Source: an uncultured Chitinophagales bacterium
GTDB lineage: Bacteria; Bacteroidota; Bacteroidia; Chitinophagales; JADIYW01
Direction of reading: 5' to 3'
NCBI GenBank assembly: GCA_964507125.1
Contig: CAZDOT010000007.1
Span: 19,764-83,763 of the forward strand
DNA: 64,000 bases
Part shown: positions 18,778 to 29,099 of the stretch, piece after piece
How positions within the stretch are numbered: position 1 is the stretch's first letter
Layout of the letters: each line of letters starts with the position of its first letter
Notes under the pieces: generated by a model
The model's database searches: none
What the model was told of the DNA's origin: nothing
The model's input: only the letters and a program-made list of their open reading frames with translations
Made by a program: the position numbers and the translations under genes

Positions 18778-19488
18778 ATGAACCAACCAATCAAACGTAT
18801 CTTATTAAAACTAAGCGGCGAAGCATTAATGGGCGATCAACAATTCGGTATCAAAGCGGATACACTTTCCATTTTTGCCGATGAAATTGCCGATGTTATT
18901 CGTGCCGGATACCAAGTAGGTATTGTGGTTGGCGGTGGCAATATTTTCCGAGGCTTACAAGCGAGTAACATTGGTATTGAGCGTGCACAAGGCGATTATA
19001 TGGGCATGTTGGCTACATTGATAAATGGCATGGCATTGCAAGGTGCATTAGAATCAAAAGGAATACACACTCGTTTATTATCGGCATTAAGCATACAACA
19101 AGTGTGTGAACCATATATCCGAAGACGTGCCACCAGACATCTTGAAAAAGAACGTTGTGTGATTATGGCGGCCGGCACTGGAAACCCATATTTTACTACA
19201 GATACAGCTGCCGCTTTGCGTGCCAACGAAATTGAAGCAGATGTGATTTTAAAAGGTACAAGCGTGGATGGTATTTATACTTCCGATCCTAAAAAAGACC
19301 CGAATGCTACTAAATTTGAATCCATCTCTTTCGATGAAGTGATGATTAAAAATTTACGTATCATGGATCAAACAGCATTTGCACTTTGTAAAGAAAATAA
19401 AATGCCGATTATCGTATTTAATATTCGTGAAAGAGGCAATATTCTACGCATTTTGAATGGCGAGAAAATTGGTACTTTAGTGAGTTAA
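18778..19488 (+). CDS. pyrH: UMP kinase
   Basis: 236 aa. [12 protein letters not shown] and GGGNIFRG motifs. Confidence 0.95.
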   Translation: MNQPIKRILLKLSGEALMGDQQFGIKADTLSIFADEIADVIRAGYQVGIVVGGGNIFRGLQASNIGIERAQGDYMGMLATLINGMALQGALESKGIHTRLLSALSIQQVCEPYIRRRATRHLEKERCVIMAAGTGNPYFTTDTAAALRANEIEADVILKGTSVDGIYTSDPKKDPNATKFESISFDEVMIKNLRIMDQTAFALCKENKMPIIVFNIRERGNILRILNGEKIGTLVS

Positions 19489-19489
19489 T

Positions 19490-21547
19490 TTAACGCATAA
19501 TCTGGAATTTTTCACTGCCACTATGTTCGCCATCATTGAGGTGCAAAAAATACATTCCGGTGGTCAACGCTGCTACGTCTAAGTGCAATCTATTTTGGTT
19601 TTCTATATAACCGTTTCTTAATTGTTTGCCTGTAATATCAAACAAAGTATATTGTATTTTTTGATAATTCCATTGTGATAAGTCGACTGAAATATGGGTG
19701 TTTGCAGGATTGGGAAATACTGTAAATTGCAGTTGCGTAGTTTGTTTATTAGAAAGGCTGTTTACCAAATCTTGATATTGATAAATGCCAATATCTGCGC
19801 TATCTGCACAAGCCGTCAAAACAATAATGCTGAGTTTATTATCTGTTGAGCAAAAGAATTGAGGTTTCAGACTACTTTGTTCAATAAATAAAGGCAATTG
19901 CATATCTTTTAAAGCACCGGTTTCTATATCTACTAAAAAGTTTTTCTGAATAGGAATTATTTGCAAAGGATTTGTGTTATTACAATAAGTAGCTGTAATT
20001 ATAAATTGGTTTTTATATTGGATTGGATGCAACTCTACACTATTCGCTACAGGCAGATTAGGGTTGCTAAACATGTAAACCAAACTATCACTCGCTATAA
20101 TAGAATCCGGTAGGTCAATTTTCCAATTTGAATTATAATTAGAGTCTAATTTCTCAATAGATAAATGATTGGTATATTTATAATTATAAGTGGCTGCATC
20201 TATAGTATCAATAACTACGGTGTCGTCTAATAATAAAATGTATTGGTTGGGTAGTATGTCATCTCTGTAATCTAGATAAAAATCTTCATAGCCAATGGAA
20301 TAATTTGAAATATCTTTCTCAAATTCTATTTGATAAGCATTGGTATTTATTTTTGAAAGATAATTTTTCCGAATGTTTAGCGATGGATTGTTGAAATCAG
20401 ATTTAGAATACGTATGTATAAAGTTCTTTTTGGCAGATGTATTCACTTTGTAATCCAAATTTATCATTTTCGATATATCATTATTTATTAGCGGACTATG
20501 TTTCTTAATCTGATTTGCAAAGTCATTATAAATCAAATATTCACTGTATGAATCAAAAGCGGTGTCTGTTATGTTTGTATTTACTAGATAGTCTGCCTGC
20601 TGATAGGTTTGTAAGTCAATTTCTCTATAAATAGAATAATTAAGATAGGATGAATTTTTATTAAGTATTAATGAGATTTTTTGTGCATTATTTTGTTCTA
20701 CATACATAGTGAAACCATACGTTTCATCTCCGATGCGAATTATGGTATCAATTCCATTTTGCTGGTTAATACTATATAAATTTTGCTGGATGCCACTATA
20801 AATTATCCAATCATATTTTATTATATAAAAACGATTATTGTGCTCCATTAAATTTCCATTTCCTTCTATACTTGTTTTGTGTAATATCGTTTTTGATGGT
20901 GCGTGAATGGTGTAAAAATTAAAATAATTTCGAGCAAAGTAAGTATAGAAACCAGCGCCTTTTAATGTATTGTAAGAAACCGCCATTTGGTATGTGCTAT
21001 CCGTAAGCTTGTTTACTAAAATTTCTGATATATTATTCAGAGTATCTTCTTTAAAAGACATTAATGTATCTACCGTAAAAAGTGGTGTTGTGTATGTTCC
21101 TAGATCCGTATTCACCACTCCAAATTGCAATATATTATTGGCAAATTTTGTTTTATTATCTTCCACATAAGTAGAATCATAGTAGGCGAAATGTATGTAA
21201 GTTTCTTTGTTGTTTCTGGTGTATAATTTGTGTGGAATATCAGATATATCTAGTTCAAGATAGGTCATATTAAAATTAGGAATCAACATTTTATACCGAC
21301 ACTTATCGGTATTTGGTATCATTAATTTCCAAGCACTATTTCCATCTGCATTTAATTTTTGTATGTAATAATTGTTCGTAGTAGCGTTTTTGTACGTGAG
21401 CAAGTAGTGAATGCCATCTATCGTTTCTTTCATTCTCGGAATATCCACACCGCCTTCATTAATGCAATTAACTAACTGTACGGTTTGTGCGTGTAAACAA
21501 ACTACACAACATATTAATCCATAAAGCAAACTTGCAAACTTTTTCAT
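19490..21547 (-). CDS. Secreted protein of unknown function with a T9SS (Por) C-terminal sorting domain
   Basis: 685 aa. Signal peptide MKKFASLLYGLICCVVCLHAQ. The C-terminal ~80 aa, FTVFPNPANTHISVDL...LFDITGKQL...GMYFLHLNDGEH..KFQIMR, fits the type-A T9SS CTD pattern. I recognise no domain in the body of the protein. Confidence 0.75.
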   Translation of the reverse strand: MKKFASLLYGLICCVVCLHAQTVQLVNCINEGGVDIPRMKETIDGIHYLLTYKNATTNNYYIQKLNADGNSAWKLMIPNTDKCRYKMLIPNFNMTYLELDISDIPHKLYTRNNKETYIHFAYYDSTYVEDNKTKFANNILQFGVVNTDLGTYTTPLFTVDTLMSFKEDTLNNISEILVNKLTDSTYQMAVSYNTLKGAGFYTYFARNYFNFYTIHAPSKTILHKTSIEGNGNLMEHNNRFYIIKYDWIIYSGIQQNLYSINQQNGIDTIIRIGDETYGFTMYVEQNNAQKISLILNKNSSYLNYSIYREIDLQTYQQADYLVNTNITDTAFDSYSEYLIYNDFANQIKKHSPLINNDISKMINLDYKVNTSAKKNFIHTYSKSDFNNPSLNIRKNYLSKINTNAYQIEFEKDISNYSIGYEDFYLDYRDDILPNQYILLLDDTVVIDTIDAATYNYKYTNHLSIEKLDSNYNSNWKIDLPDSIIASDSLVYMFSNPNLPVANSVELHPIQYKNQFIITATYCNNTNPLQIIPIQKNFLVDIETGALKDMQLPLFIEQSSLKPQFFCSTDNKLSIIVLTACADSADIGIYQYQDLVNSLSNKQTTQLQFTVFPNPANTHISVDLSQWNYQKIQYTLFDITGKQLRNGYIENQNRLHLDVAALTTGMYFLHLNDGEHSGSEKFQIMR

Positions 21548-21622
21548 GTATTAAATTTAATACAATCTGTATAAAAAAAATATAATTGCAAGTTGGCTTT
21601 TCTTTTTTTTGATAAATACCAT

Positions 21623-21653
21623 TTGTCAACTGCCAACTTTTACTCTATATTTG
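21623..21653 (+). promoter_or_regulatory. Bacteroidota-type promoter (TTG-N20-TAtaTTTG) for frr
   Basis: TTTG at 21622-21625 and TATATTTG at 21646-21653, 17 nt upstream of the frr ATG. Confidence 0.5.
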
Positions 21654-21669
21654 TCCTGAAATTTTTTTT

Positions 21670-22233
21670 ATGGAAGAGGAAGTACAATTGGTTTTAGATG
21701 AAACAAAAGATGCCATGTTTAAGGCATTAAAACATTTAGAAGAAGAATTAAGAAAAGTGCGTGCCGGCAAAGCAAGTCCGGACATGTTGAACGGAATCAC
21801 AATTGAATATTATGGTGTTCCAACACCTATCAATCAGGTAGCAAATATAAAATTATTAGATGCTCGCACATTGGTAATAGTGCCGTTTGAGAAAAAGATT
21901 ATCAGTGATATTGAGAGAGCTATTTTTCAAAGTAATATTGGTATTACGCCACAAAACGACGGTGAAAATATCCGACTATCTGTGCCACCAATGACAGAAG
22001 AACGCCGCCGTGAATTAGTAAAACAATCCAAAAATTATGGTGAGCAATCTCGTATTGTTATTCGAAATGCACGCAAAGATGGCAACGAAATGGTGAAAGA
22101 TTTAGTGAAAGAAGGTTTGAGTGAAGACATAGGCAAAGACGTGGAAGAATCTATCCAACAGTTGACAAACGAATACAATGGCAAAGTAGATAAAATGCTA
22201 CAACATAAAGAAGAAGAAATTATGACAATATAA
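21670..22233 (+). CDS. frr: Ribosome recycling factor
   Basis: 187 aa. LRKVRAGKASPDML and TEERRRELVK motifs. Confidence 0.95.
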   Translation: MEEEVQLVLDETKDAMFKALKHLEEELRKVRAGKASPDMLNGITIEYYGVPTPINQVANIKLLDARTLVIVPFEKKIISDIERAIFQSNIGITPQNDGENIRLSVPPMTEERRRELVKQSKNYGEQSRIVIRNARKDGNEMVKDLVKEGLSEDIGKDVEESIQQLTNEYNGKVDKMLQHKEEEIMTI

Positions 22234-22490
22234 TTGCTTTATTCTACATCAATATTTCTTCTATATTTTAAGGTGTAACCACAAGTTGCGTAGGTTTATA
22301 TGCATCAGTAAAAGTGGCCGAAAACTTTACTCTCGTTTTGGGATTCCATTTTATTTCAACGGCTAAATAAGTGTCTTTTTGTAATTCGATGTAACAGAAT
22401 AAAAAAAGGACAAATGATTCACCTTGACAATCAATTAAAAAATATTGATTATTAGATTAAACCACGTTACGCAAAACTTCTAATTAATAA

Positions 22491-24029
22491 TTAGATAGGA
22501 TTTCCTTCTTTTGTAACCAATTTGTATTCTACCAAATGCAAAGAAGAATCCTGAATTAATCGAACCACTTTTCCAATTTTTGAATACCATTTCATCCTAA
22601 ACGAAAACGTGTCTTTTTTCATAAATGCATATACAAATGGATGCACATATAAAATGAAATTCTTTTCTGAGTGTGTTTTCAGTTGCATTAAATCGTTTTG
22701 AATATTCTCTACTATTTGTAGCGGTTGGTCTATCTTGTATTTGTTATTGTTCAATAATGGTTCACGCGTGTCAATGCTAAGTACTTCTTTCATGCGTTGG
22801 CGTGTAATTTCCATTAATCCAAATTTGCTTACTGGTAAAATCACATGTTTTGCTTTATCGGAACGCATGGCTTCCTGCATTGCTTCGAATAGTTTGTGCT
22901 TGTATTCTCCGGATTTCATATCTATAAAATCCACGACAATGATACCGCCGATATTACGCAAACGCAATTGGCGTGCTATTTCGTTGGCAGCTTCTACATT
23001 TATTTCAAATGCATGCGTATCTTGCTCAATACCTTTTTTTACTTTAGGTCCGCTGTTTACATCAATTACGTGCATGGCTTCTGTATGCTCAATGATTAAA
23101 TAAGCACTACTTTTAAGTGTAACCGTTTTTCCGAATGCAGATTTTACTTGTCGGCTTACATCATATTTTTCAAATAGTGGTGTTGCCTCTTCATGCTTAG
23201 ATAGGATAGAAACATGTTCCGGTGCGTATTCTTTAATATAGGCTTTTAAATCGCCGTGCAAAACAGGATTATCGGTAATGATTTTTGAAAAACTATCATT
23301 CATCAAATCGCGAACTATTGAAAAGGTTTTGTTCATTTCCTTAAGCAATAATTTGGGCGGATTTTGATATTTGGCATTTTGTGTCATTTGCTGCCATTTA
23401 TTCAGCAAATTCTGGATGTCAAATTCTAATTCTTCACTGCCAACACCTTCTGCATTGGTACGCACCACGCAGCCAAAGTTTTTTGGCTTTATGTTTTGCA
23501 TAATTTTCAATAGGCGTTCCCGTTCTTCAGGTTGGGCAATTTTTTTGGAGATACCAATGGTGTCGGTGAATGGAACCAATACCACATATCGTCCGGGAAG
23601 AGATATTTCGCAGGTTAATCGGGGCCCTTTGGTAGAGATGGCTTCTTTTGAGATTTGAAAAATAAGAATATCTCCTTTTTCAAAAACATCAGACATGAGC
23701 CCGTCTTTTCGAATGGGTGGTTCTATTTCAAACTTATCCAATAAGTGTGATTGCTCGCCCTTAAATGCTTCCGAACTGAACTTGCGTACAGAACGAATGT
23801 ATGGACTTAAATCAGAATAATGTATAAAGGCATCTTTCTCATGTCCGATATCAATGAAGGCAGCATTTAATCCAGGATTAATTTTCTTTACGCGACCTAA
23901 ATATATGTCGCCGGCAGCAAATCCTTCTTTTTCGTATGAGTCGAGATGGTATTCGACTAATTTTTTGTTTTCAAGAAGAGCAATTTCAACACCTTTGGAA
24001 TTAGCATGTATTACTAATTCTTTTATCAT
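22491..24029 (-). CDS. rng: Ribonuclease E/G family protein (RNase G-like)
   Basis: 512 aa. N-terminal S1 domain GDIYLGRVKKINPGLNAAFIDIG, followed by the catalytic core GGIIVVDFIDM. Confidence 0.9.
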   Translation of the reverse strand: MIKELVIHANSKGVEIALLENKKLVEYHLDSYEKEGFAAGDIYLGRVKKINPGLNAAFIDIGHEKDAFIHYSDLSPYIRSVRKFSSEAFKGEQSHLLDKFEIEPPIRKDGLMSDVFEKGDILIFQISKEAISTKGPRLTCEISLPGRYVVLVPFTDTIGISKKIAQPEERERLLKIMQNIKPKNFGCVVRTNAEGVGSEELEFDIQNLLNKWQQMTQNAKYQNPPKLLLKEMNKTFSIVRDLMNDSFSKIITDNPVLHGDLKAYIKEYAPEHVSILSKHEEATPLFEKYDVSRQVKSAFGKTVTLKSSAYLIIEHTEAMHVIDVNSGPKVKKGIEQDTHAFEINVEAANEIARQLRLRNIGGIIVVDFIDMKSGEYKHKLFEAMQEAMRSDKAKHVILPVSKFGLMEITRQRMKEVLSIDTREPLLNNNKYKIDQPLQIVENIQNDLMQLKTHSEKNFILYVHPFVYAFMKKDTFSFRMKWYSKIGKVVRLIQDSSLHLVEYKLVTKEGNPI

Positions 24030-24103
24030 GTGTTTAGTATTAAATAATAAACCACAAGCAGTATGTATAAAGCAAACTACTTGTGCTTATTATGTAAAAT
24101 GAA

Positions 24104-24193
24104 TTATTTCTTCTTATGACGGTTTTTTCTTAGTCTTTTTTTACGTTTGTGCGTCGCAATTTTATGACGCTTTCTTTTCTTTCCGCAAGGCAT
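24104..24193 (-). CDS. 29-aa hyper-basic peptide, bS22 / AURKAIP1-COX24 (mS38)-like putative ribosomal protein
   Basis: My own translation of the minus strand from ATG 24193 to TAA 24104 gives MPCGKKRKRHKIATHKRKKRLRKNRHKKK, with 20 of 29 residues K/R/H. The ATG lies 2 nt after the stop of the upstream TPR gene. The ORF is below the ORF-track length cutoff. Confidence 0.6.
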   Translation of the reverse strand: MPCGKKRKRHKIATHKRKKRLRKNRHKKK

Positions 24194-24195
24194 AA

Positions 24196-25035
24196 TTATA
24201 TTTTTTTATTTTTTAAACTATTGACGATTTCGTCTATTTCTTTATTAAAGTCTGCATTGTTGACCAATATTTTACACATTTCAAACAAGCGGATGGCTTC
24301 ATCGTTATGTCCTAATTGTGCTTCGGTTATTGCCAAAAAATACATGGCTTCTGTATTTTGAGGTTCTAACTTCAATATTTTATTGAGTCGCTCTTTCGCT
24401 TTGTCGTATTGTCCAGACTGAATCGACATTCTGCTCATGGACATTAATACTTTTATATTTTCGGGATGTTTACTTTCTAAATCTCTCAGTATTCCAATTC
24501 CCTTCATCGGCTCCTGCGAACCATTCACATACGCATCTGCCAATTTTATTTTGAGATCCATATCGTTACTGTCTTTTTCAACAGCTTTTTCGTACGATTG
24601 GAGTGCAAAGGTAATCAAATTATTTAAAATAACAGAGTCTTCCGTGGATTTATATGCAGTTACTAATGCGTCGCCGGCATCTACTAAGGCTGTTTTGGTC
24701 TCGTCTAAATTGGCAGCTTGGTAAATATAATAGGCTGCTAAAGCCGGATTGCTGTTATTTTTCCAAAACTCTACCAAATTGGTATACGCTTTCTTGTTAG
24801 CATCAATGGTTTGCTCTGGTGTCTTCTTTACAGCTTCGGCTAATGATTTAGCTTTTTGTTGCTCCGCGTCTGCTAATTTGGCAATTTGTTGTTGCTCATA
24901 TTCATCGAAGGAGATACCACTGTGTTCGGTATGTACAATAGATTTTTCTTTTTTGGTTTCAGTTTTACCACCAAAATAAAGAGCAGCTACTAAAATTACA
25001 GCGAATGCACCTAATGCTATTTGTCCTTTCTGCAC
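24196..25035 (-). CDS. Membrane-anchored TPR protein
   Basis: 279 aa. N-terminal TM helix IALGAFAVILVAALYFGG and TPR-like repeats, for example GQYDKAKERLNKILKLEPQNTEAMYFLAITEAQLGHNDEAIRLFE. Confidence 0.6.
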   Translation of the reverse strand: MQKGQIALGAFAVILVAALYFGGKTETKKEKSIVHTEHSGISFDEYEQQQIAKLADAEQQKAKSLAEAVKKTPEQTIDANKKAYTNLVEFWKNNSNPALAAYYIYQAANLDETKTALVDAGDALVTAYKSTEDSVILNNLITFALQSYEKAVEKDSNDMDLKIKLADAYVNGSQEPMKGIGILRDLESKHPENIKVLMSMSRMSIQSGQYDKAKERLNKILKLEPQNTEAMYFLAITEAQLGHNDEAIRLFEMCKILVNNADFNKEIDEIVNSLKNKKI

Positions 25036-25045
25036 AATAAAAAAA

Positions 25046-25354
25046 TTAAGCTTCTTTTTCTTTCAAGCGTTTTGCACTCGATTCTTTAATTTGCTCAACG
25101 AATACTTTGGATGGTTTAAAAGCCGGTATTTGATGTTCAGGAATTTCAATGGCAATATTTTTTTTGATATTTCTACCAATTTTTGCTTTACGTGTTTTTA
25201 CAATAAAGCTTCCAAAACCACGTACATATAAATTTTCGCCTTCAGACAAAGTATCTTTTACTTCTTTAAAGAAAGCCTCCATTGCTACTAATACATCCAC
25301 CTTTGGTACGCCAGTTTTTTCAGAAATCGTGGTGATAATATCTGCTTTTCTCAT
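25046..25354 (-). CDS. hup: HU-family DNA-binding protein
   Basis: 102 aa. MRKADIITTISEKTG...VRGFGSFIVKTRKAKIGRN..., with the beta-arm motif R-N-P-like region. Confidence 0.88.
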   Translation of the reverse strand: MRKADIITTISEKTGVPKVDVLVAMEAFFKEVKDTLSEGENLYVRGFGSFIVKTRKAKIGRNIKKNIAIEIPEHQIPAFKPSKVFVEQIKESSAKRLKEKEA

Positions 25355-25490
25355 GATAAGTATTTAAATGAGCTACAAAAATGCGAAATTAATCCTAACT
25401 AACTTACTAATATACACGAAATTAGAGTTTTTTTAATATACCATGTTATTTATTGATGCATTCGATTGATTTTAATTATTTTGCACCACC

Positions 25491-26534
25491 ATGATTTGGT
25501 TTTCCAATATATTATTAGAATGGTATAACCCAACTACTCGAAATTTACCTTGGAAAAATACAAAGGATGCTTATAAAATTTGGTTGTCAGAAATTATTTT
25601 ACAGCAAACACGCGTAGAACAAGGTACACCGTATTATTTGGCATTTATTAAACATTATCCAACTGTAAAGCATTTAGCCAAAGCACCCATAGATGATGTA
25701 TTGAAATTGTGGGAAGGTTTGGGTTATTATTCTCGTGCACGCAATTTACATACAGCTGCACAACAAATAATGGAAAACCACAATGGAAAATTTCCCAACA
25801 CATACAAAGAAATTCTTTCTTTAAAAGGTATTGGAAATTATACAGCCGCAGCCATTGCTTCTTTTGCCTATCAGCTACCGCATGCAGTGGTAGATGGAAA
25901 CGTATATAGAGTGCTCACTCGTGTGTTTGGCATAAACATACCTATTGATTCCGCAAACGGCAAAAAGCATATTGAGCAATTAGCGCACGAGCTTTTAGAT
26001 GAACAGCAACCGGATATTTATAACCAAGCTATCATGGATTTTGGTGCATTGGTGTGCAAACCACAACAGCCACTATGTCATTCGTGTCCATTTGTTTCCA
26101 ACTGTAAGGCATTTTCAAAAAATAAAATAAATAGTTTGCCGGTTAAATCGAAAAAGATTGTAAAAACAAACCGCTATTTTCATTATTTTATTTTGATGGA
26201 TGCTGAATCAATATATATTCATCAACGACAGAAAAATGACATCTGGAAAGGATTATATGAATTTCCATTAGTTGAAGAGCAATCGGAAGGCAATCAAACC
26301 AAAACAAAGATTTGGTTGCAAGAAATGGGAATTAAGAGCGTGCAACCTGTTTTTTTTTCAAAACAAATTTTATCACACCAAAATATACATGCCAATTTTT
26401 ATGAACTAAAATGGAAAAATCTACCTAACTTAGAAAATAAGTTTATCAAAATTAAAAAGACAGCATTAAAACAATATGCTTTTCCAAAAATAATTCGTTC
26501 CTATTTGCAAGATAGATTTATTTTTTTATCTTAG
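25491..26534 (+). CDS. mutY: A/G-specific adenine DNA glycosylase
   Basis: 347 aa. HhH-GPD region LKGIGNYTAAAIASFAY, the 4Fe-4S cysteines CKPQQPLCHSCPFVSNC, and a C-terminal NUDIX-like domain. Confidence 0.9.
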   Translation: MIWFSNILLEWYNPTTRNLPWKNTKDAYKIWLSEIILQQTRVEQGTPYYLAFIKHYPTVKHLAKAPIDDVLKLWEGLGYYSRARNLHTAAQQIMENHNGKFPNTYKEILSLKGIGNYTAAAIASFAYQLPHAVVDGNVYRVLTRVFGINIPIDSANGKKHIEQLAHELLDEQQPDIYNQAIMDFGALVCKPQQPLCHSCPFVSNCKAFSKNKINSLPVKSKKIVKTNRYFHYFILMDAESIYIHQRQKNDIWKGLYEFPLVEEQSEGNQTKTKIWLQEMGIKSVQPVFFSKQILSHQNIHANFYELKWKNLPNLENKFIKIKKTALKQYAFPKIIRSYLQDRFIFLS

Positions 26535-26587
26535 ATATAGCATTTTTTAAAGAGAACAACCATAAATTTCTACGAAAACAAGACAAT

Positions 26588-27025
26588 ATGAGTGTAAATA
26601 AAGTAATACTGATTGGAAGATTGGGCAAAGATCCGGAAGTACGTAAAATTAATGCCACTACTACTGTATGTAATTTTCCATTAGCCACCAATGAATCCTA
26701 TAAAAATCAAGATGGAACATACACAGAGCAAACTGAATGGCATAATATTGTGATGTGGCGTGGCGTGGCAGAAAGAGCAGAGCGCATTTTAAAGAAAGGA
26801 AATACTATATTTGTGGAAGGAAAACTCAGAACACGTTCTTGGGAAGATAAAGAAAATCACAAACGTTATACCACAGAAATTGTAGTGGAGAATTTCCAAT
26901 TATTAGATAAAAGAGAACAAAGCGGAACAGGGACACCAACCAATTCGGAAAACAAAACAGAGCAAGATACGAAAGTAACTGATATACTTGAAGATTCCGG
27001 TTTGAACGATGATTTACCTTTCTGA
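26588..27025 (+). CDS. ssb: Single-stranded DNA-binding protein
   Basis: 145 aa. OB fold MSVNKVILIGRLGKDPEVR and the acidic tail DDLPF. Confidence 0.95.
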   Translation: MSVNKVILIGRLGKDPEVRKINATTTVCNFPLATNESYKNQDGTYTEQTEWHNIVMWRGVAERAERILKKGNTIFVEGKLRTRSWEDKENHKRYTTEIVVENFQLLDKREQSGTGTPTNSENKTEQDTKVTDILEDSGLNDDLPF

Positions 27026-27047
27026 TTGATAGTATAAATTTACGACC

Positions 27048-28409
27048 TTGGACGACGGAATACCCATACATTGCCTGCTGAATTCACAACCTATAGTTTC
27101 ATGGACTGAAGCGTTTAATCCAATAAATGCTTCCATTATTTTTCAGCTTATTTTTATTTTTATTTTATTGGTGTTTATGGCAATGATGTGTGCCGTAGAA
27201 GTAGCCATATTTCTATTTAATCAAAATGAAATAAACGACTTAGAAAAAAGCTACGATAAAACCGACCAATTAATCTTGGATTTTATCAAAAAACCTCGAC
27301 GGTTTTTGGCTACTTTCGTGCTTACTACTACGTTGTTTACATTGGCGGTGGTGTTGGTGTTTGAAGGTATTTTGGAGTCGGTATTGAAACACGAATTTTT
27401 AATGTCTCATGCTACATTATTATTCATTATTAAAATATCTTTTGAGACATTTATAATTGTACTTTTTGCTGAAGTAATTCCCAAATTATATGCTACACAA
27501 CACTATTATAAAGTGGCAAAATATACGATTCGCACATTGCACTTTTTCGATATTATTTTTGCACCGTTTGTAAAAGGATTAATTGCTACATCTAATTTTT
27601 TTGAAACCCGTTTGCAAGGTGTAAAAGCCGGTGTTTCGGCACAAGATATCGACGAGGCTATTGATATTACAAATGCTCAAGAAAATAGCGATTTGGAACG
27701 AAATGATACACGCATTTTAAAAGGAATTGTGAAATTTGGAAACATCACCGTTTCGCAAATTATGCGCTCACGAGTAGATATGGTTGGTGTGGATTGCGAT
27801 GTGAAATTTAACGAATTACTACAAATAATTAAAGAATCCGGTTATTCTAGAATGCCGGTTTATAAAGATGATATCGATAAAATTGAAGGTGTTTTATACA
27901 TCAAAGATTTACTGAAACACTTAGATGCTACAGATGATTTTGATTGGAAAAAATTAATTCGTCCGGCATTTTTTGTACCTGAAAATAAAAAAATAGACGA
28001 TTTATTAGAAGATTTTCAAGCAAGACGTGTGCACATGGCAATTGTAGTAGATGAATATGGCGGCAGCTCCGGATTGGTTACGTTAGAAGATGTTTTGGAA
28101 GAAGTAATTGGTGATATTAAAGATGAGTTTGACGATGTGAGTGAAATTGATTATAAAAAGATTGATAACAATAATTATATCTTTGAAGGTAAAACAACCC
28201 TGAATGACGTATGCAAAGTATTGGAAATTTCGATAGATACCTTTGAAGACATACGCGGCGATGCGGATTCATTAGCCGGCTTAATTCTGGAATTAAACTC
28301 ATCTATACCAATAGAAGGCGATGAACTAAAATTTAAACGATTTACTTTTGTAATTTTAGAGGCAGATAGAACCAGAGTTATCCGAATTAAAATCACGATT
28401 GATAATTAA
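27048..28409 (+). CDS. gldE: Gliding motility-associated protein GldE (CNNM/DUF21 TM domain + CBS pair + CorC_HlyC)
   Basis: 453 aa with an N-terminal polytopic domain, a CBS pair and a C-terminal transporter-associated domain. It lies in the ssb-gldE-gldD arrangement described for Flavobacterium johnsoniae. Confidence 0.75.
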   Translation: MDDGIPIHCLLNSQPIVSWTEAFNPINASIIFQLIFIFILLVFMAMMCAVEVAIFLFNQNEINDLEKSYDKTDQLILDFIKKPRRFLATFVLTTTLFTLAVVLVFEGILESVLKHEFLMSHATLLFIIKISFETFIIVLFAEVIPKLYATQHYYKVAKYTIRTLHFFDIIFAPFVKGLIATSNFFETRLQGVKAGVSAQDIDEAIDITNAQENSDLERNDTRILKGIVKFGNITVSQIMRSRVDMVGVDCDVKFNELLQIIKESGYSRMPVYKDDIDKIEGVLYIKDLLKHLDATDDFDWKKLIRPAFFVPENKKIDDLLEDFQARRVHMAIVVDEYGGSSGLVTLEDVLEEVIGDIKDEFDDVSEIDYKKIDNNNYIFEGKTTLNDVCKVLEISIDTFEDIRGDADSLAGLILELNSSIPIEGDELKFKRFTFVILEADRTRVIRIKITIDN

Positions 28410-28437
28410 ATCTGTTGAAATTATTTTTATTTGAAAC

Positions 28438-29064
28438 ATGAACACAACCAATTCTACAAAATATTTTAAAACGTATCAAACCTTTTTGTTCATCTTATTT
28501 ATTAGTGGATGCTTGGTTTCTTGTAACGAACACTATACGCCTAAAAAAAAGTCGTATTTCCGAATTGAATTTCCGGCAGAAAGACATTTTGTATCGTACA
28601 ATAATCCAACGTGTCCGTTTTTATTTGAGTATGCTAATTTTGGTCGCATTCAAAAAGATTCTTCCGACCAACAAGAGCTGCAACAACATCCATGTTGGTT
28701 TAATATTATTTATCCCGAATACAAAGCCAAAATTTACTTAAGTTATACTGCCATTAATGCAGAAAATTCATTGGATAAGTTGATAAAAGATAGTTATAAA
28801 CTCACCTTCAAACATACCGTAAAAGCTGACTATATCGACGAAACACTTATAAAAGGAAAGCACCCAAAGGTGAGTGGTATTTTATACGATGTTGGTGGAA
28901 ATGCGGCAAGTGCCGTTCAGTTTTATATTACAGATAGTAGTCGCCATTTTTTGCGAGGTTCCCTTTATTTTTATGCAGCACCTAATACCGATTCTATTGC
29001 TCCGGTTGCTAACTATTTCCGAGAAGATGTAAAACATATCATTGAATCTTTACAGTGGAAATAG
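28438..29064 (+). CDS. gldD: Gliding motility lipoprotein GldD
   Basis: 208 aa. Lipobox LFISGCLVSC, conserved-looking CPFLFEY and CWFNIIYPEYKAKIYLSY blocks, and a position immediately downstream of gldE. Confidence 0.7.
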   Translation: MNTTNSTKYFKTYQTFLFILFISGCLVSCNEHYTPKKKSYFRIEFPAERHFVSYNNPTCPFLFEYANFGRIQKDSSDQQELQQHPCWFNIIYPEYKAKIYLSYTAINAENSLDKLIKDSYKLTFKHTVKADYIDETLIKGKHPKVSGILYDVGGNAASAVQFYITDSSRHFLRGSLYFYAAPNTDSIAPVANYFREDVKHIIESLQWK

Positions 29065-29099
29065 TTTTATTTTTATGTTTTAAAATATATCTTTATAAC

